Below, piece after piece: positions 43,805-57,745 of a DNA stretch of 64,000 nucleotides. The notes below the pieces were generated by a model. That model saw only the letters and a list, made by a program, of their open reading frames with translations, did not search any database and was not told the origin of the DNA. Each line of letters starts with the position of its first letter. Positions within the stretch are counted from its first letter, which is position 1. The DNA is from the human T2T-CHM13v2.0 reference genome, Homo sapiens. The stretch lies in NCBI RefSeq assembly GCF_009914755.1, contig NC_060935.1; one strand, written 5' to 3'. The position numbers and the translations under genes were made by a program.

Positions 43805-45765
43805 CTGTTGAGAAATTAGAAGAAAGGGTATAATAGCTGCTGGGGAGGTATCCCTCCACAGACTCCTTTTTTGGAACCCCCTCAGCCCATGCTGAGAGGG
43901 CAGTCACACGGTTCCCCTCTCCCAACTGGCTTAGGGATAGACACTTGTCACCGCCCTGCTCCAGAAGGGCAGACAGACAGATACACTGGCACATGTGTGC
44001 ATGTGCGTGATGGACAGGACCAAGCAGCCCCTGCGTGGAGTTAGAGGGGCCTTCCCACTCCTGTGCCCAGCAGGCAGTCAAGCTTTGCTTCCTGTATTCC
44101 TGGGATTTCTACAACAAACTCGCTGCTAACTTAAGCCGCCATGAGACCATGGCTGTTCCCTGCAATCAAAAATCACTGATTTAAAAATGAAGGATACAGG
44201 TTTGGGATTAGAAAAGAAACAAACGCGGAAGGTGAAGGAACAGAGGCTTTTAAACCAAAGCCTTGGGAAAAATAAAAGATGAGAAAGTGACCCAGGCATC
44301 CGAACTACCGTCCCATAACATCAGAGAGGAAAGGAAGAGAGATGTGTGACAGCCACAAAGGACAGCCAACAAATTAACTCAAAACCTCAGTGGCATTAAA
44401 TATTAAGTTGGAAGCCCAGATACTGGGGGAAAGGAGCTTTTAGTATGGGTATTACCCATAAAGCAAAATAAATAAGAGTTCCCTTGAAAGTAAAAAGGTG
44501 GGAGACTCCAAAAAGTGTCCATAACAAGCAAGACATAATTGAGTAATGGTACAATGCCTATCATTACTAAAATACGTAAAGATAAATCTTGGTTTACCGT
44601 GCTTTTTGTTTTGTTTCAAACAAACATTTCATTTCAAGGTATGGTGGGTCAGCAATCAGTGCTGAGTTCAGCTGGGCTTTTTCTTCTGGTCTTGCCTGGC
44701 TTATGTATGTGGCTATAGGCATCTGGTTGCTCCACTGGGCCAGATGGTCTCAGATGACTTTGTTCATGTTAGTGGTTGGTACTGGCTGCTGTGCTGCCTT
44801 CATATTCTCTTGCAGTAAATGTAAACAGTTGTTGTTTTTTTATTCCCAAAGAGCTTCACAGATGTATGCCCGACCTCTATCCTCGCCATATTTTTCCATT
44901 AGTTCCTGAGTTGGGCAATCACAAACTTACCTACTGTGGGGATTTAAGAACCTAATGTCTTATAGCCTCTTCTACTAGGGAGCACTGATTTTGGTGAAGT
45001 CCAGAGATTAAGGTATGTAAAAGGGAGGGATGGGACGCAGAACTGGAAAGGGGAAGGGAGTTGGTTATTCAGGAGTCATGAATGCCAAGTAAAGGAGTTT
45101 GGACTTTATCAAAGCAGCATGTAGTCTAGTCCCCATTCTCTAAGAGATAATTGCCATTCTGAAAATATGGAAAGTTAAAATTGGGCTCCAGAGGAAAAAT
45201 ATGACCTGAGTTAGAGGGTCTATAAAGACTGAAGCAGTCAGCTGGAAATTAAGTCATCAGCAAGCCGTGACCTCTACCCTTGACAGGGTTCTTTGCCTGC
45301 TGCTGTTGGCTCAGTAGCTGCAGCAAAGGCTCTACCAGTTTGCCCTAGTTTCTAGGCCTTCTGAGCAGCTTGTCGCCCCAGGGGCTCACTGGAGCATCAG
45401 CTTTCACTGAACAGGGTACAGAACAGCGACAGGGACACCAGCTGGCCTCCGAAGGGCAACTCTGCTATCTGCTCTCCCCAGATCTGGCCCTGTCTAAATA
45501 TTCCAAGTAGCAGAGGCACCTGCTGCTCGTCCCAGACCTATAGCACTTTCTCTCACTAGGCCTCAGTTTCTTCATTCATAAAATGATAGAGACTAGATCA
45601 GTGGTACTCAACAGGAGTTCTGCAAACCAGTGCCAACTCTGCTGCTGGGTCATGACCAGATAAGTACAGAAATTGGGAGTAAGTGCTCAGAAGCTTTTCT
45701 AGCAATATGAGAAAGAGAGAGCCAAGCACATAAACAGCAGAAGTGTCTTGGACAGGGCACAGACT

Positions 45766-46224
45766 AGTATATGAGTTTCCTGAGGCTGCCATAATTATCA
45801 CTGGAAGGCTTAAAACAGGAAATGTATTAATTCTGAAGGTCAGAAGTCTGAAATAAACAGGCAATGCCATGCTCCCTCTAGAAGCCGTAGGGGAGAACTC
45901 GTTTGTCGCCGCTTCCAGCTTCTGGTGGCTTGGCATTCCCTGGCTTGTGGCCACATCATTCCGACCTCTGCCTCCATCTTGACATATGCCCTCTCCTCTT
46001 GGCACACTGCCTTCTCTTCTGTGTCAAATCTCTCTCTGCTTCTCTCTTATAAGAATATCTGTGATGGCACTTAGGGCCTACCAAATAATCCAGGATGATC
46101 TCATCTCAAGATCCTTACTTAGTCACATCTGCAAACCCCCTTTTTCCAATTAAGGTAACATTTATAGGTTCCAGGGATGTTCTAATCTAAGCACATCTTT
46201 GGGGCCACCATTTAGCCAACTACG
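45766..46224 (-). mobile_element. MLT1C-like MaLR LTR
   Basis: gagtttcctgaggctgccataa...aataatccaggatgatctcatctcaagatcctt...ggggccaccatttagccaactac. Confidence 0.85.
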
Positions 46225-47542
46225 GCGGGTTTGGGTATTGTTGAATTTGTGCATGACCTGCTGCACATGGTGTATACTGTACCTTTCCACTGGGGAAACA
46301 CAGCCACCCTGTTTCTAAATAGCCTGAACAGCAATGGGCCAGATGACGTCAAATGTAGCAGGTTCCCTTGAGCACACACACTTGGAACCCCTGCTATGCC
46401 TCTCTATAGCCCAGAGGCCTGGGCTGCACAGGACCAGACTGCAATGGGCACCACCAAGAAAGGAGAGCAGGCTAGCAGGTGACCCAGGGGGCAAAGTACA
46501 GATGCAAACTGTTCCCTTAGCCTTTCCCACGGCTGATCTCCCAGATAATCTGGCAGGCAATGCAGGAGCTACCCCTTCCCCACCCCATACTCCTGTCCCT
46601 CACATGGCCTTAGTTGTAAAGTGATTACATTAATCTGTTTTCTGTTCAAATGTACCTCCCTCATCCCATCAAATGCTCAGTTTTAAATGTTCACATTTGA
46701 GAACAGAAGCAAAACTATGCTATTGAAGTCCCTGTAAACCTAGCATTACCCTGCTACTAACAACCTTTCCCCCAACAGCCCTCCCCCTACCCTCAAAAAC
46801 ACCCAGCAAGTTTCCAGGCTTCATAACAGAATGGAGAAGGCACTGGGGTGACTTCACAAAGCAAGGATTTCATTTTGTGTTAGAGGTTTTCTTGCATGGT
46901 CAGAATACTCCTCACTGAATGAAACACAAAATGTAGGGTCCCTATGCTGTACATTTCAGGCTTAAAGGGCAGACTATATCAAAGGACCTCAGAGTATTGA
47001 AAATGGTAACATGCGATAACAGGTATGGCCATGGTAAAACAGGTACTCTCATCATTCAACTTTCTGGAAAGCAATTAAACAAATTCTCATTAAGTGGCTT
47101 AAAACTATACACACCCTTTGACTTTGTAATTCCATTTCCAGAACTCTACACTAAGGAACAAAACTTAATGCTACACGGCAACATCATACCTGAGATAAAA
47201 AATGAAAAAGAAACTTATCCAACAAAAGGACAGAATTAGACAAATTATGGTAGATTCATTTAAAAACTCTTATGCAGCCATTAAAAATGACATCTAACAA
47301 AGAATTGTTAATAAAAATCACAAATACAATACTAACAGCTACTCCTTACACAGGCCAGCCACTAACCTGAGCTTTTTAGGTGTTCTGTATATGTTAATCT
47401 TTGTAATTTGTATACCAACTCAAGGAGGTAGGTACTATTATTCCCATTTTACAGATCAGAAAGAAGAGGTACTGAGAGTTAAGGCACTTGCTCAAGATTA
47501 GATCCCACAGAGTCTGGCTCCAGAGTCCATTGTCTAGAACCC

Positions 47543-48353
47543 TGTAGAAGGCTGAATAATGGCCCCAGAGAGGTCAGGTCCTGTATCAGTCCATTTTCAC
47601 GCTGCTGATAAAGACATACCTGAGACTGGGTAATTTATAAAGAAAAAGAGGTTTAATGGACTCACAGTTCCATTGTGAGGCCCCCCCAACCATGGTGAAA
47701 GGCAAAAGGCATGTCTTACACGGTGGCAGACAAGAGATAATGAGAACCAAGTGACAGGGGCTTCCCTTATAAAACTATCAGATCTTGTGAGACTTATTCA
47801 TTACCACAAGAACAGTATGGGGAAAACTGCCCCCATGATTCAATTATCTCCCAACAGTTCCCTCCCACAACACGTGGGAATTATGGGAGCTACAATTCAA
47901 GGTGAGATTTGGGTGGGGACACAACCAAACCATATCAGGTCCCAATCCTGAAACCTGGAAATGTTATCTTAGGTGGAAAATGGTCTTTGTAGACATGATT
48001 AAGTCAAGAATTGTGAGATAAAGCTGTATTCTTGATTATCTGGATTGGACCTAAATTCACATGCCCTTATAAGAAAGGTAGATTACACACACACAAACAC
48101 ACAGACACACACTGTGAAAACTGAGGCAGATATACGAATGACAAGACCACGTGCCAAGGAATGCTGGCAGCACCAAAGGCTGGGAGAGCAAGGAGTGGAA
48201 CAGATTCTCCCCTAGAGTCTGTGCACATGGAGCACGGTCCTGCCCATACCTTGATTTCAGACTTCTGGCTTCCAAAACTATGAGAATATATTTGCTATTT
48301 TAAGCCACTCTGTTTGTGGAAATGTATTACAGCAGCAACAGGAAACTAATACA
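47543..48353 (+). mobile_element. MLT1 MaLR LTR split by THE1B
   Basis: tgtagaaggctgaataatggcccc...cagcaacaggaaactaataca; the two halves rejoin across the ggtcc TSD. Confidence 0.8.
47582..47937 (-). mobile_element. THE1B-like solo LTR
   Basis: Minus-strand start tgatatggtttgg; 356 bp; 5-bp TSD ggtcc (47577-47581 and 47938-47942). Confidence 0.92.
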
Positions 48354-50312
48354 AGTCCATGTTGCTCTCAACACAAGAAAAAGTATTCATATGTTAAATG
48401 GAATAAGAAGAAATCAAAATTTATACACAATGATCTTAATTATGCATATAAAAATACATGCAAATAAAACAAAATGTTTATAGTGATTATCTCTGAAGAA
48501 GGATTATGGGTAATTTTCAGCATTATGCCTTCTGCTATTTACCCAAATTTCTACAATTAGTCTGAATTATTTTTACAAAGAAAAAGTTATTTTAAAAGTA
48601 GGAATCCATGATATTTCTGCAACTCCAACTTAATCAAAGAAGATTAGAAATCAAGAGGTCCAAAAACTCAATGGGAATTTCCCTAATTCAATCTCAGAGC
48701 AACACCAAAAAATTTAGCAACCTGGATACATGTCATTCCCTAAATGACTCCACTCAACCCTTGGTCTCTTGAAAGCCTGTTGGTTTTCAGACTCTGGCAG
48801 GAAGATGATGTGGCTGAAGAAGTTTCAGGCTTCTTTGAAGAGGATAACCTGAAAAGGTAAATATTTTCCTGCTTATCTACCCATACAAGAGAAGGAATGA
48901 GAGATTTTTGTGCATTCCCAGAGCTCATCCAGCCCAAAGCCTGTGGCCACATGCCAAAACCAAAAGCACCAGTTAATAAACATGTAAATGTTTGATTTCT
49001 CTGTAGGTGACTTTGCAGAATGAAACATCAAATCAAACACTGACCTAATCTTCTTACAAAAGTCCTGACTCCAAGGCTATTCTGTCGCAAAACCCTCCTG
49101 CTATCATCTGCCCAGGAAGCCACCAGACCACAGGCCAATTTTACTGTATCAACATCATGCCCTTTGATTAAATATATTCATACAAATAGTATATTAACAT
49201 TTTCCCCAACGTGTGGGCAGTACTGGATCAAAACAGAAAGATGTGTTTTTCTGTTTTGCATGGTGGGGAAGGGAAGAGTCACTGGATCCATCCAAAATGG
49301 GGCCAGGTCAGAGCAAGGGGGTGCAGGAAATGCATGTGAAATGATTTTATTCAGTCCCCCTGTACAGCACAGTGAGTTAGGGCAGTGGGTGAAGAAACCA
49401 CAGTGTAGGGTTTGTCTTTCAGTCCAGGTTTTTCTAAGTATGTTTATGCATACTTCATGCAGTCTATCAATATGTACAAGTACTTATTAAACATGAGGCA
49501 CTAAGAGAAAGTTGTCTCACGCTGTAACAGATCATGTCTTCAACATGCTACACTCTCAGATGATGCAGCTGGGCAAATGGACATCTTTACTGATCTTCAG
49601 CAGTCTGGATCACAGAGCTGCTAGCAGTGGCAGAACGTTGAGAGGAAGACCTAAATGGGCCTGGCAGAGCTTTGAAAATGAGTAAAACAAAAAACAAATG
49701 ATTTAGCACTGTCTACTTTCCTACACACCATTCACATAACAGTTCTAATTTCAGTAACTACTTCATTAATGTCTGTACCTCCCACTTAATCATCTACTCC
49801 ATATAAAAAGTATAATTAACACTTTCCCCAACTCTGTTTTTTTTCACTTGCTATTGTATTACCCAACCTAGCAGTGTCTAACTTTAAGAAGTACTCATTA
49901 CATATTTGAGGTATAAATTATTGCAAGAATGAATATAGGTCATCAGTTTCCTCATCTGTAAAAATGAAAAGGCCAGACTATGTGATTATTTCCCAAAGAA
50001 AATTCCAAGAAACCTAATTTTACGACTTATGCCAAAAAAAGAAGTTTCACAAGTTATTCAGCTTTGGAAATGCTACATTCTATAGCCTCCCATTCCCCTT
50101 AAAGATTCACAATATATACCTTATACAACAAAGGATCTTGAAAATCCTTCAATCAAAAATGTATTTGAGCATTCCCAAATCTAGCTGACCACAGATGCCC
50201 ATTCATCAACACTTACTGATATCACAGAGAACCAATGTTCTAAGGAAACCATGGGAAATACTAACCTAAACTCTTCGTTTGTTAAAAAAGAAAAATGTAT
50301 TAAGCCCTTGCA

Positions 50313-50345
<33 letters not shown>
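50313..50345. repeat. (ATG)11 microsatellite at a MIR edge
   Basis: Read directly from the sequence. Confidence 0.95.
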
Positions 50346-50347
<2 letters not shown>

Positions 50348-50805
50348 AATAGCTAACATTTAGCAAGTGATTAGCTGTGCCAGACATGGTACTTGGTGCT
50401 CCTGCCCACCAAGATAAATATGAAACCTGGCCCATAGTCTACAGCCCACTGGATGAAATCATTGCACACGATTATAACCAGAAATGCTGAATATACACAC
50501 GTGTGCATTTATACACACATACACACCTATACATGTGTAGATATATAAATATGTGTGAATATGCACACACACACACGGGGAGGGAGAGGTGGTGGTGAAG
50601 ATGAATGTTCCGGGTAGAGGGGGCATGGAGCCAAGATATGGAAAGCGAGAGAATCTAGAGCATGCAGATGAATGATGGGCAGTTTAGTCTTACCCACTGG
50701 TTTTTGAAGTGTGGCCCAAGACCCTTTCTGGGAGTCCCGCCAGGTCAAAACTATCTTCAACTGTGTTGACACTTACATTGCTGGTGCAAAAGCAATAGCA
50801 GGTAA

Positions 50806-51190
<385 letters not shown>

Positions 51191-51572
51191 TTAGCTAAGC
51201 GTGTCCTTGATGAAGCAGTAAAATTATTAATTTCATTAAATATTGATTCTTGAGTACACATCTTTTTAATATCCCATGTAACAAAATGTTAAGCGCACTC
51301 ATTCGGCACTTCCGCTGCAGGCCAGAGTGCGGTGGTTGTCTTTGGGAAGAAAAAGTACTTGTGTGACTGAGCTGCAAGCTTAGCCACTGTTTTTCACAGA
51401 ACACCATCTTTCCTTGAAAGAATGACTGAGAAAAACTATGATTACTCAGATTTGGGTATTTATAGACACTTTGTCAAAAATAAATACAGTGAGCCTGTTA
51501 TTTCAAGGAAAACTGACGGTATTTGTTGCTAAAGACAAATTTTGGGCTTTCAAGCAAAAATTAAAACTTCGG

Positions 51573-51911
<339 letters not shown>

Positions 51912-53457
51912 TTAAAGACTTTTCAGATGAGAATGGCAATGACATTAACAAATGTGATATGTTGATATTTTTCTAAACGGTGGTATTAAATGTGATATTT
52001 TGATATTTTCCAAATGACTAATGATGCATGATGTTACAAAATGATGTGTAAAAGATCCTTTCAATGGATGTGATAGGACAACAGACTTTAATGTAACAGC
52101 ATTATGAAAAGTTCATTGATTGGTTTCAGAGTCTATGTTGCAACAAACCTTTACACCTGGGTCAAGTTCTGATATAGTTTCAAAGACTATCCACAATTAA
52201 CTGAAAGGGCTATTAAAACACTCCTCCCTTTTCTAACTACATGTCTGTGTAAGGCTGGATTTTCTCCATATAGTTCAACCAACACAATATACTGCAACAG
52301 AATGAATGCAAAAGCATTTATGAGACTCCAGCTGTCTTCCATTAAGAGAGACATTAAAGAGATTTGGGAAAAAGTAAAACAATGTCACTCTTCTCACTAA
52401 ATGTTTGTGCTTTGGAAATATTTACTTTTCATTAAAAATGCTACTTTATATTATCATATATCATATAATGGGTTTATTGTTATATTTAAACAAGTTTATA
52501 AATATTTTTAAATTTCTTTAATTTTAATTTCTAACACAGTAAATATTACTAGATACAATCTATACAAACAAAAGCTCTTAGGGGAATCTCACTAATTTTT
52601 AAGAGTTACATAAAGGGGTCCTGAAACCAATTGTGGAGAACTGCTGAGCTAGTGTCGTAGCGGGCAGGTGAAGGGAGGGGGACACCACTGGTCTCCAACA
52701 CTGGGATGGGGCATTCAGAGCTGATCTTCAAGAGCCTATGAAGGGTGCTGAGTACGAAAATGGTATGGACAGATTTGCCTTTTAGAAAAAGCAAGGACAG
52801 CATAAAAGTGCCTCTGCTCCATGAACATATGATTCTGAAAACAAGTAAGTATGATAAGAAGTCAAACTGTAGGGCGTTGAAGGTCCATTATTACAACCTA
52901 AAAAATGAAATACAAATTTCTATAAAAGAGCAGGAAGAGAAGAATATTAAAATGTAATGATTTAAGAAAGAAGAAAAGCAGGGTCTTGCCAAATAGAACT
53001 GCAACTGAATGGAATTCTGCAAAATGAGGGAAATCATTAGTAACAAAGTGCAGGGCTTTAAACATCTAAAGATGCCAGAATCAAGATGCATTTCAGGCAA
53101 GTCTGGAAAATAAAAATAAAGGAGTCAGCAAAGAGCAATAAACTACAGCAGTAAAGAGGGAAAATGAATGCAGCCAAGAAAAGATGAACAGAAGCAGTTA
53201 GAAATAAAAAGAAGTAGTGAGGAGAGAAAATTGGTTCCTATTTCCAGAGCATGGACTCTATCCAATCAGCACACACTCCACCACTGGAGGTGGGAAAAGA
53301 AGGAGCAGGAAACACTTCCAGAGCAAAGTAGACCTCTGCAGAGCCTGGACGAGCAGACCCACTGAGCAATGACCTCATCTAGGTAAAACTGGGTTATACC
53401 AATTAAGAACAGAGGCCATATAGAAGAGACAAGAGACAACTATTAAAAATTGCTCAC

Positions 53458-53760
53458 GGCCAGGTGCAGTGGCCCATGCCTGTAATCCCAACACTCTGGG
53501 AGGCGGAGGTAGGCAATTTACTTCAGCCCAGGAGTTTGAGACCAGCCTGGGCAACATGGTGAAACCCTGTCTCTACCAAAAAAAAAAAAAGTTAGCTGGG
53601 CATGGTTGCATATGCCTATAGTCTCAGATACTCGGGAGGCCAAAGCAGGAGGATCGCTTGCACCCAAAAGCTCAAGGCTGCAGTGAGCTATGATTGCACT
53701 GCTGTACTTTAGCTAAGCAACAGAATGAGACCCTGACTCAAAAATGGAAAAAAAAAAAAA
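53458..53760 (+). mobile_element. AluJ
   Basis: agcccaggagtttgagaccagcctgggcaac, ggaggatcgcttg and gtgagctatgattg; TSD aaaa(a/g)ttgctcac. Confidence 0.9.
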
Positions 53761-53814
53761 AGTTGCTCACAAGGGGCTTACAAACAGCCATCATTTTCTA
53801 AGTCAAAGCAATTA

Positions 53815-54432
53815 TGGGAATGCAAACTGGTACAACCACTATGGAAAACAGTGTGGAGATTCCTTAAAGAACTAAAAGTAGGACCACCATTTTATCCAGC
53901 AACCCCACAATCCCAGTATCTACCCAGAGGAAAAGAAGTCATTATATGAGAAAGATACTTGCACATGCATGTTTACAGCAGCACAATTCGCATTTGTAAA
54001 AATATGGAACCAGCCCAAATGCCCATCAATCAACGAGTGGATAAAGAAACTGTGCTATACATATACCACGAAAGACTACTGCGTCATAATAAAGAATGAA
54101 ATAATGGCATTTACAGCAACCTGGACGGAACTGGAGATCATTATTCTAAGTGAAGTAACTCAGGAATGGAAAACCAAACATCCTATGTTCTCACTCATAA
54201 TTGGGAGCTAAGCTATGGGTGCAAAGGCATAAGAATGATGCATAAGAGTGGACTTTGGGGACTTGGTGGGGAAAGGATGGGAGCAGAGTGAGGGATAAAA
54301 GGATACACACTGAGTATAGTGTACACTGCTCAGGTGATCAGTGCACCAAAATCTCAGAAATCACCATCAGAGAACTTATTCATATAATCAAACACTACCT
54401 CTTCCCCAAAAACCTATTGGAATAAAACTAAA
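53815..54432 (+). mobile_element. L1PB1-like 5'-truncated L1
   Basis: ORF2 C-terminus (TQEWKTKHPMFSLI) and L1PB 3'UTR; TSD aaagcaatta (53805-53814 and 54433-54442). Confidence 0.88.
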
Positions 54433-55266
54433 AAAGCAATTAAAAGACTAGTTATAACTAAAAGAGAAGGAGGTCCTATAGAGAACTCCAAACAGGAGAC
54501 CGCGTCAAGTTTCTCAAACTCTCTGGACTACAGTTTCCTCTTGCATAAAATGGGGAGTCCACCACCTACTTGACAAGGTTGGTGTGAGCATCATGGACTC
54601 TGAGTACAGGTCTGGCGAAGGGCAGATGCTCAACAAATGAAAGCTGCAATTAGTATCACCCTAGTTATGACCGCAGGGCCAAAGTGGGACCTACAGTTGT
54701 CACTGCACTAGCCTAGGCCAGAAAGCTCTCCAAGCTCAAATGTCAAGGTTTCAACAATCACCAATGTGTGAACCTAAGAAGGAATTTGAATGGCTTTGGC
54801 CTTATGGCTACAGTCACTCTGCTGATGAAAAAACTGCCCTTGACCAACCAAGGCCTGGATCTAAGTGGAAAGGCACACTGCCAAGCACAAGGAGATCCAA
54901 GAAAGAAGAGATTTTTAAAAAACAGTCACTTTTCCTGAACAGCCAACACTGCCATGCCAGGGACCTTTTACACAATCTCCCAATTGTCGAAAGCAGCCCA
55001 GATGTAGGCTTGTATGCTGTTACCACCCACCCCCAACCCCACTGCACCCCACCACAGTTTTATGGAACAGGAAGCTGTCTCATGGCTGAATTGCAAAGAA
55101 GTGGTGTAGTCAGGTCCTCCACCTCTTGATCTGCGGCTCAGGACTCCTTCACTACCACACTGCTCAGCCCACAAGGACTAAGGGCCTGCCCAACAGATGT
55201 AAGCCAGCAGCTCTTCATCTAGTTAGAGCAGCACACTGGGGATCCACAGATTAAAAGACAAAAACA

Positions 55267-55615
<349 letters not shown>

Positions 55616-55830
55616 TTAAAAAAAAATGCTTTCTAGAAAGGTAAGACAGGAAGAAGAAAGGACTATTTTGACAGGGATAGACGATTCAGCCAAAAATGAG
55701 ACCCCTCCCTTCCTTCACCTCCCACAGCTAATCAAACACCCAGTTAGGTTTTCCCTGACTGTCATGCCAGACGCTGCCCTAGGGACTGATGCAGGCCAGC
55801 CTTTGTGCCCCTGAAGTCAGCAAGGAACTA

Positions 55831-56655
55831 CAGCAGGTCCTCAAATAGCATCATTGCATTATAACGTTGATAAAAAGAAAAAAAAAATCAATTCCCAGCT
55901 GGGGCCACTGTCTGTGTGGAGTTTGCACATTCTCTCCATGTCTGTGTGGGTTTTCTCCAGGTACTCTGGTTTCCTCTTACATCCTCTACAAATACCTAAC
56001 TTGAACATCCCAAGGATGTTGGAGTTAGGCACTTATGTGTCTAATGGTCCCCATCGGAGTGGATGTGAGCGCACCTTGGGATGAAACTGTGTCCTACGCA
56101 GGGTGTGCTTATCACCTTGTGCCCTGAGCTGCTGGGAGAGGCTCCAACCACATGCTACTCTACACTGGAATAAGCAGGTTAGAAAATGGATAAATGAATG
56201 AATACAAATTATTGTCAAAAAAAAATTCATAAAGTATAATCATACAAATGCAGGACATTAACAATGTGGTCTGAAAGTGCTCAGTGAGCTGCCATATTCG
56301 TAATTGTTTTTAAACTGCACGGTAGGAGGAGATGACCCTGGTAATTTTCATTTTGTAAACATGACCACCCTCACTCACTGATCCACCAAAAACTGGGTCA
56401 ATAGTGATCTCACTTGTTCTTATTAATTTTTCTTAAATGTAGGTATAGCTGCCATTTACTTCAGTGTTTAGTATTAGAAGTGTTTGGGGTCTTTATTTAG
56501 AAGTTTGGTGATATTTCTGTGCCAGAAATATGCAATAGGAATTTAACTCTTGTTTACATCAATTAGCCTTCATAAAATTGGTTTCATTATACATGGTTTC
56601 ACTTCAAGTCATAGTTTCCAAGAACCCATGTATGAGGTTAAATGAGGACTTAGTG
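55831..56655 (+). mobile_element. MER6 (TcMar-Tigger)
   Basis: TA|cagcaggtcctc...gaggacttagtg|TA; internal ggggccactgtctgtgtggagtttgcac. Confidence 0.88.
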
Positions 56656-56657
56656 TA

Positions 56658-57249
56658 CAGTCACGCACCACATAATGATGTTCTGGTGAACAAAGGACTG
56701 CATATATGACAGCAGTCCTCTAAGATTATAATGAAGCTGAAAACGTCCTATTGTCCAATGATGTCATGGCCATCATAAAACCGTAGCACAAAGCATTACT
56801 CCGTGTTTGTGGTGATGCTGGCATAAGCATACCTACTGCACTGCCACATAAAGAGTGTACAATGATGTCCCAGGCCTTCACATTCACTCACCACTCAGCC
56901 ACTGACTCACCCAAAGCAGTTTCCAGTCCTGCAAGCTCCATTCATGGCAAGTACCCTATACAGGTATATATTTTTCAAATCTTTTATACTATATTTTTAT
57001 TGTACCTTTTATATGTTTAGATACACAAATGCTTACCATTGTGTTATAACTGCCTACAGTATCCAGTATAGCAACATGCTGTAAAGGTTTGTAGCCTAGG
57101 AGCAATAGGCTATAGACACATTGTCTAGGTGTGTAGTAGGCCATACCATCTAGGTTTGTGTAAGCACACTCTACAATATTCACACAACAAAACTGCCTAA
57201 TGATGCATTTCTCAGGATGTGTCCCTGTCATTAAGTGAGGCATTGACCG
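56658..57249 (+). mobile_element. Tigger3/Golem-derived MITE (Tigger3c-like)
   Basis: TA|cagtcacgcaccacataatg...cattaagtgaggcattgaccg|TA. Confidence 0.85.
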
Positions 57250-57589
57250 TATATCTTGGTGGCTCCAGTAAGTGCTGTGAAAGGGTACTACAATACAATA
57301 CAGGGCAATACAGAGTACTATGGGGGCAGGTCATGAAGGGGCCTAACTAAGTCTGAAAGGCCAAAGGCAAAGGCCCTGAGGTGTTTCAAAGCCTGGCACA
57401 TCTAGAAGCTGAAAGGCAGTGGGGCAAGAGGATGGTCGGCAGGCCCGAGAGGTGTGGGGAAACCAGATTACACAGGGCCTTATGACCAGACTTTATACTA
57501 TCCTAAGAGCATGGGACCCATCAATAGTGAAGAATCATCCAACTTGCATTTTATAAGCCTATTGTGGCTGCAGTGTGGGGGCTGGAACA

Positions 57590-57745
57590 CTAATATTCTC
57601 TGTGACCCTGGGCCAGCTTCTCAAATTCTCTGAGTTTCAGTTCCCTCTTTTGTAAAATAAGGATAAGCATAATGGTACCTACTATACAGGTTGTTGTGGG
57701 AGATAAATAAGTCAATATATGTGAAGACCTTAGCAATGTTAGCCT
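57590..57745 (+). mobile_element. MIR
   Basis: ctgtgaccctgggccagc...tcagttccctcttttgtaaaataagg...caggttgttgtggg. Other MIRs at ~33600, 35900, 42130, 47380, 59200 and 62050. Confidence 0.7.

Noticed and set aside
44931-44985. Possible 55-nt cassette exon with a TAG|GTAAGT donor upstream of exon 2
   Set aside because: Weak acceptor, no ATG and a stop in the alternative frame; an isolated motif is not enough.
50181-50435. Poly-His ORF
   Set aside because: A translation of the (ATG)11 microsatellite.
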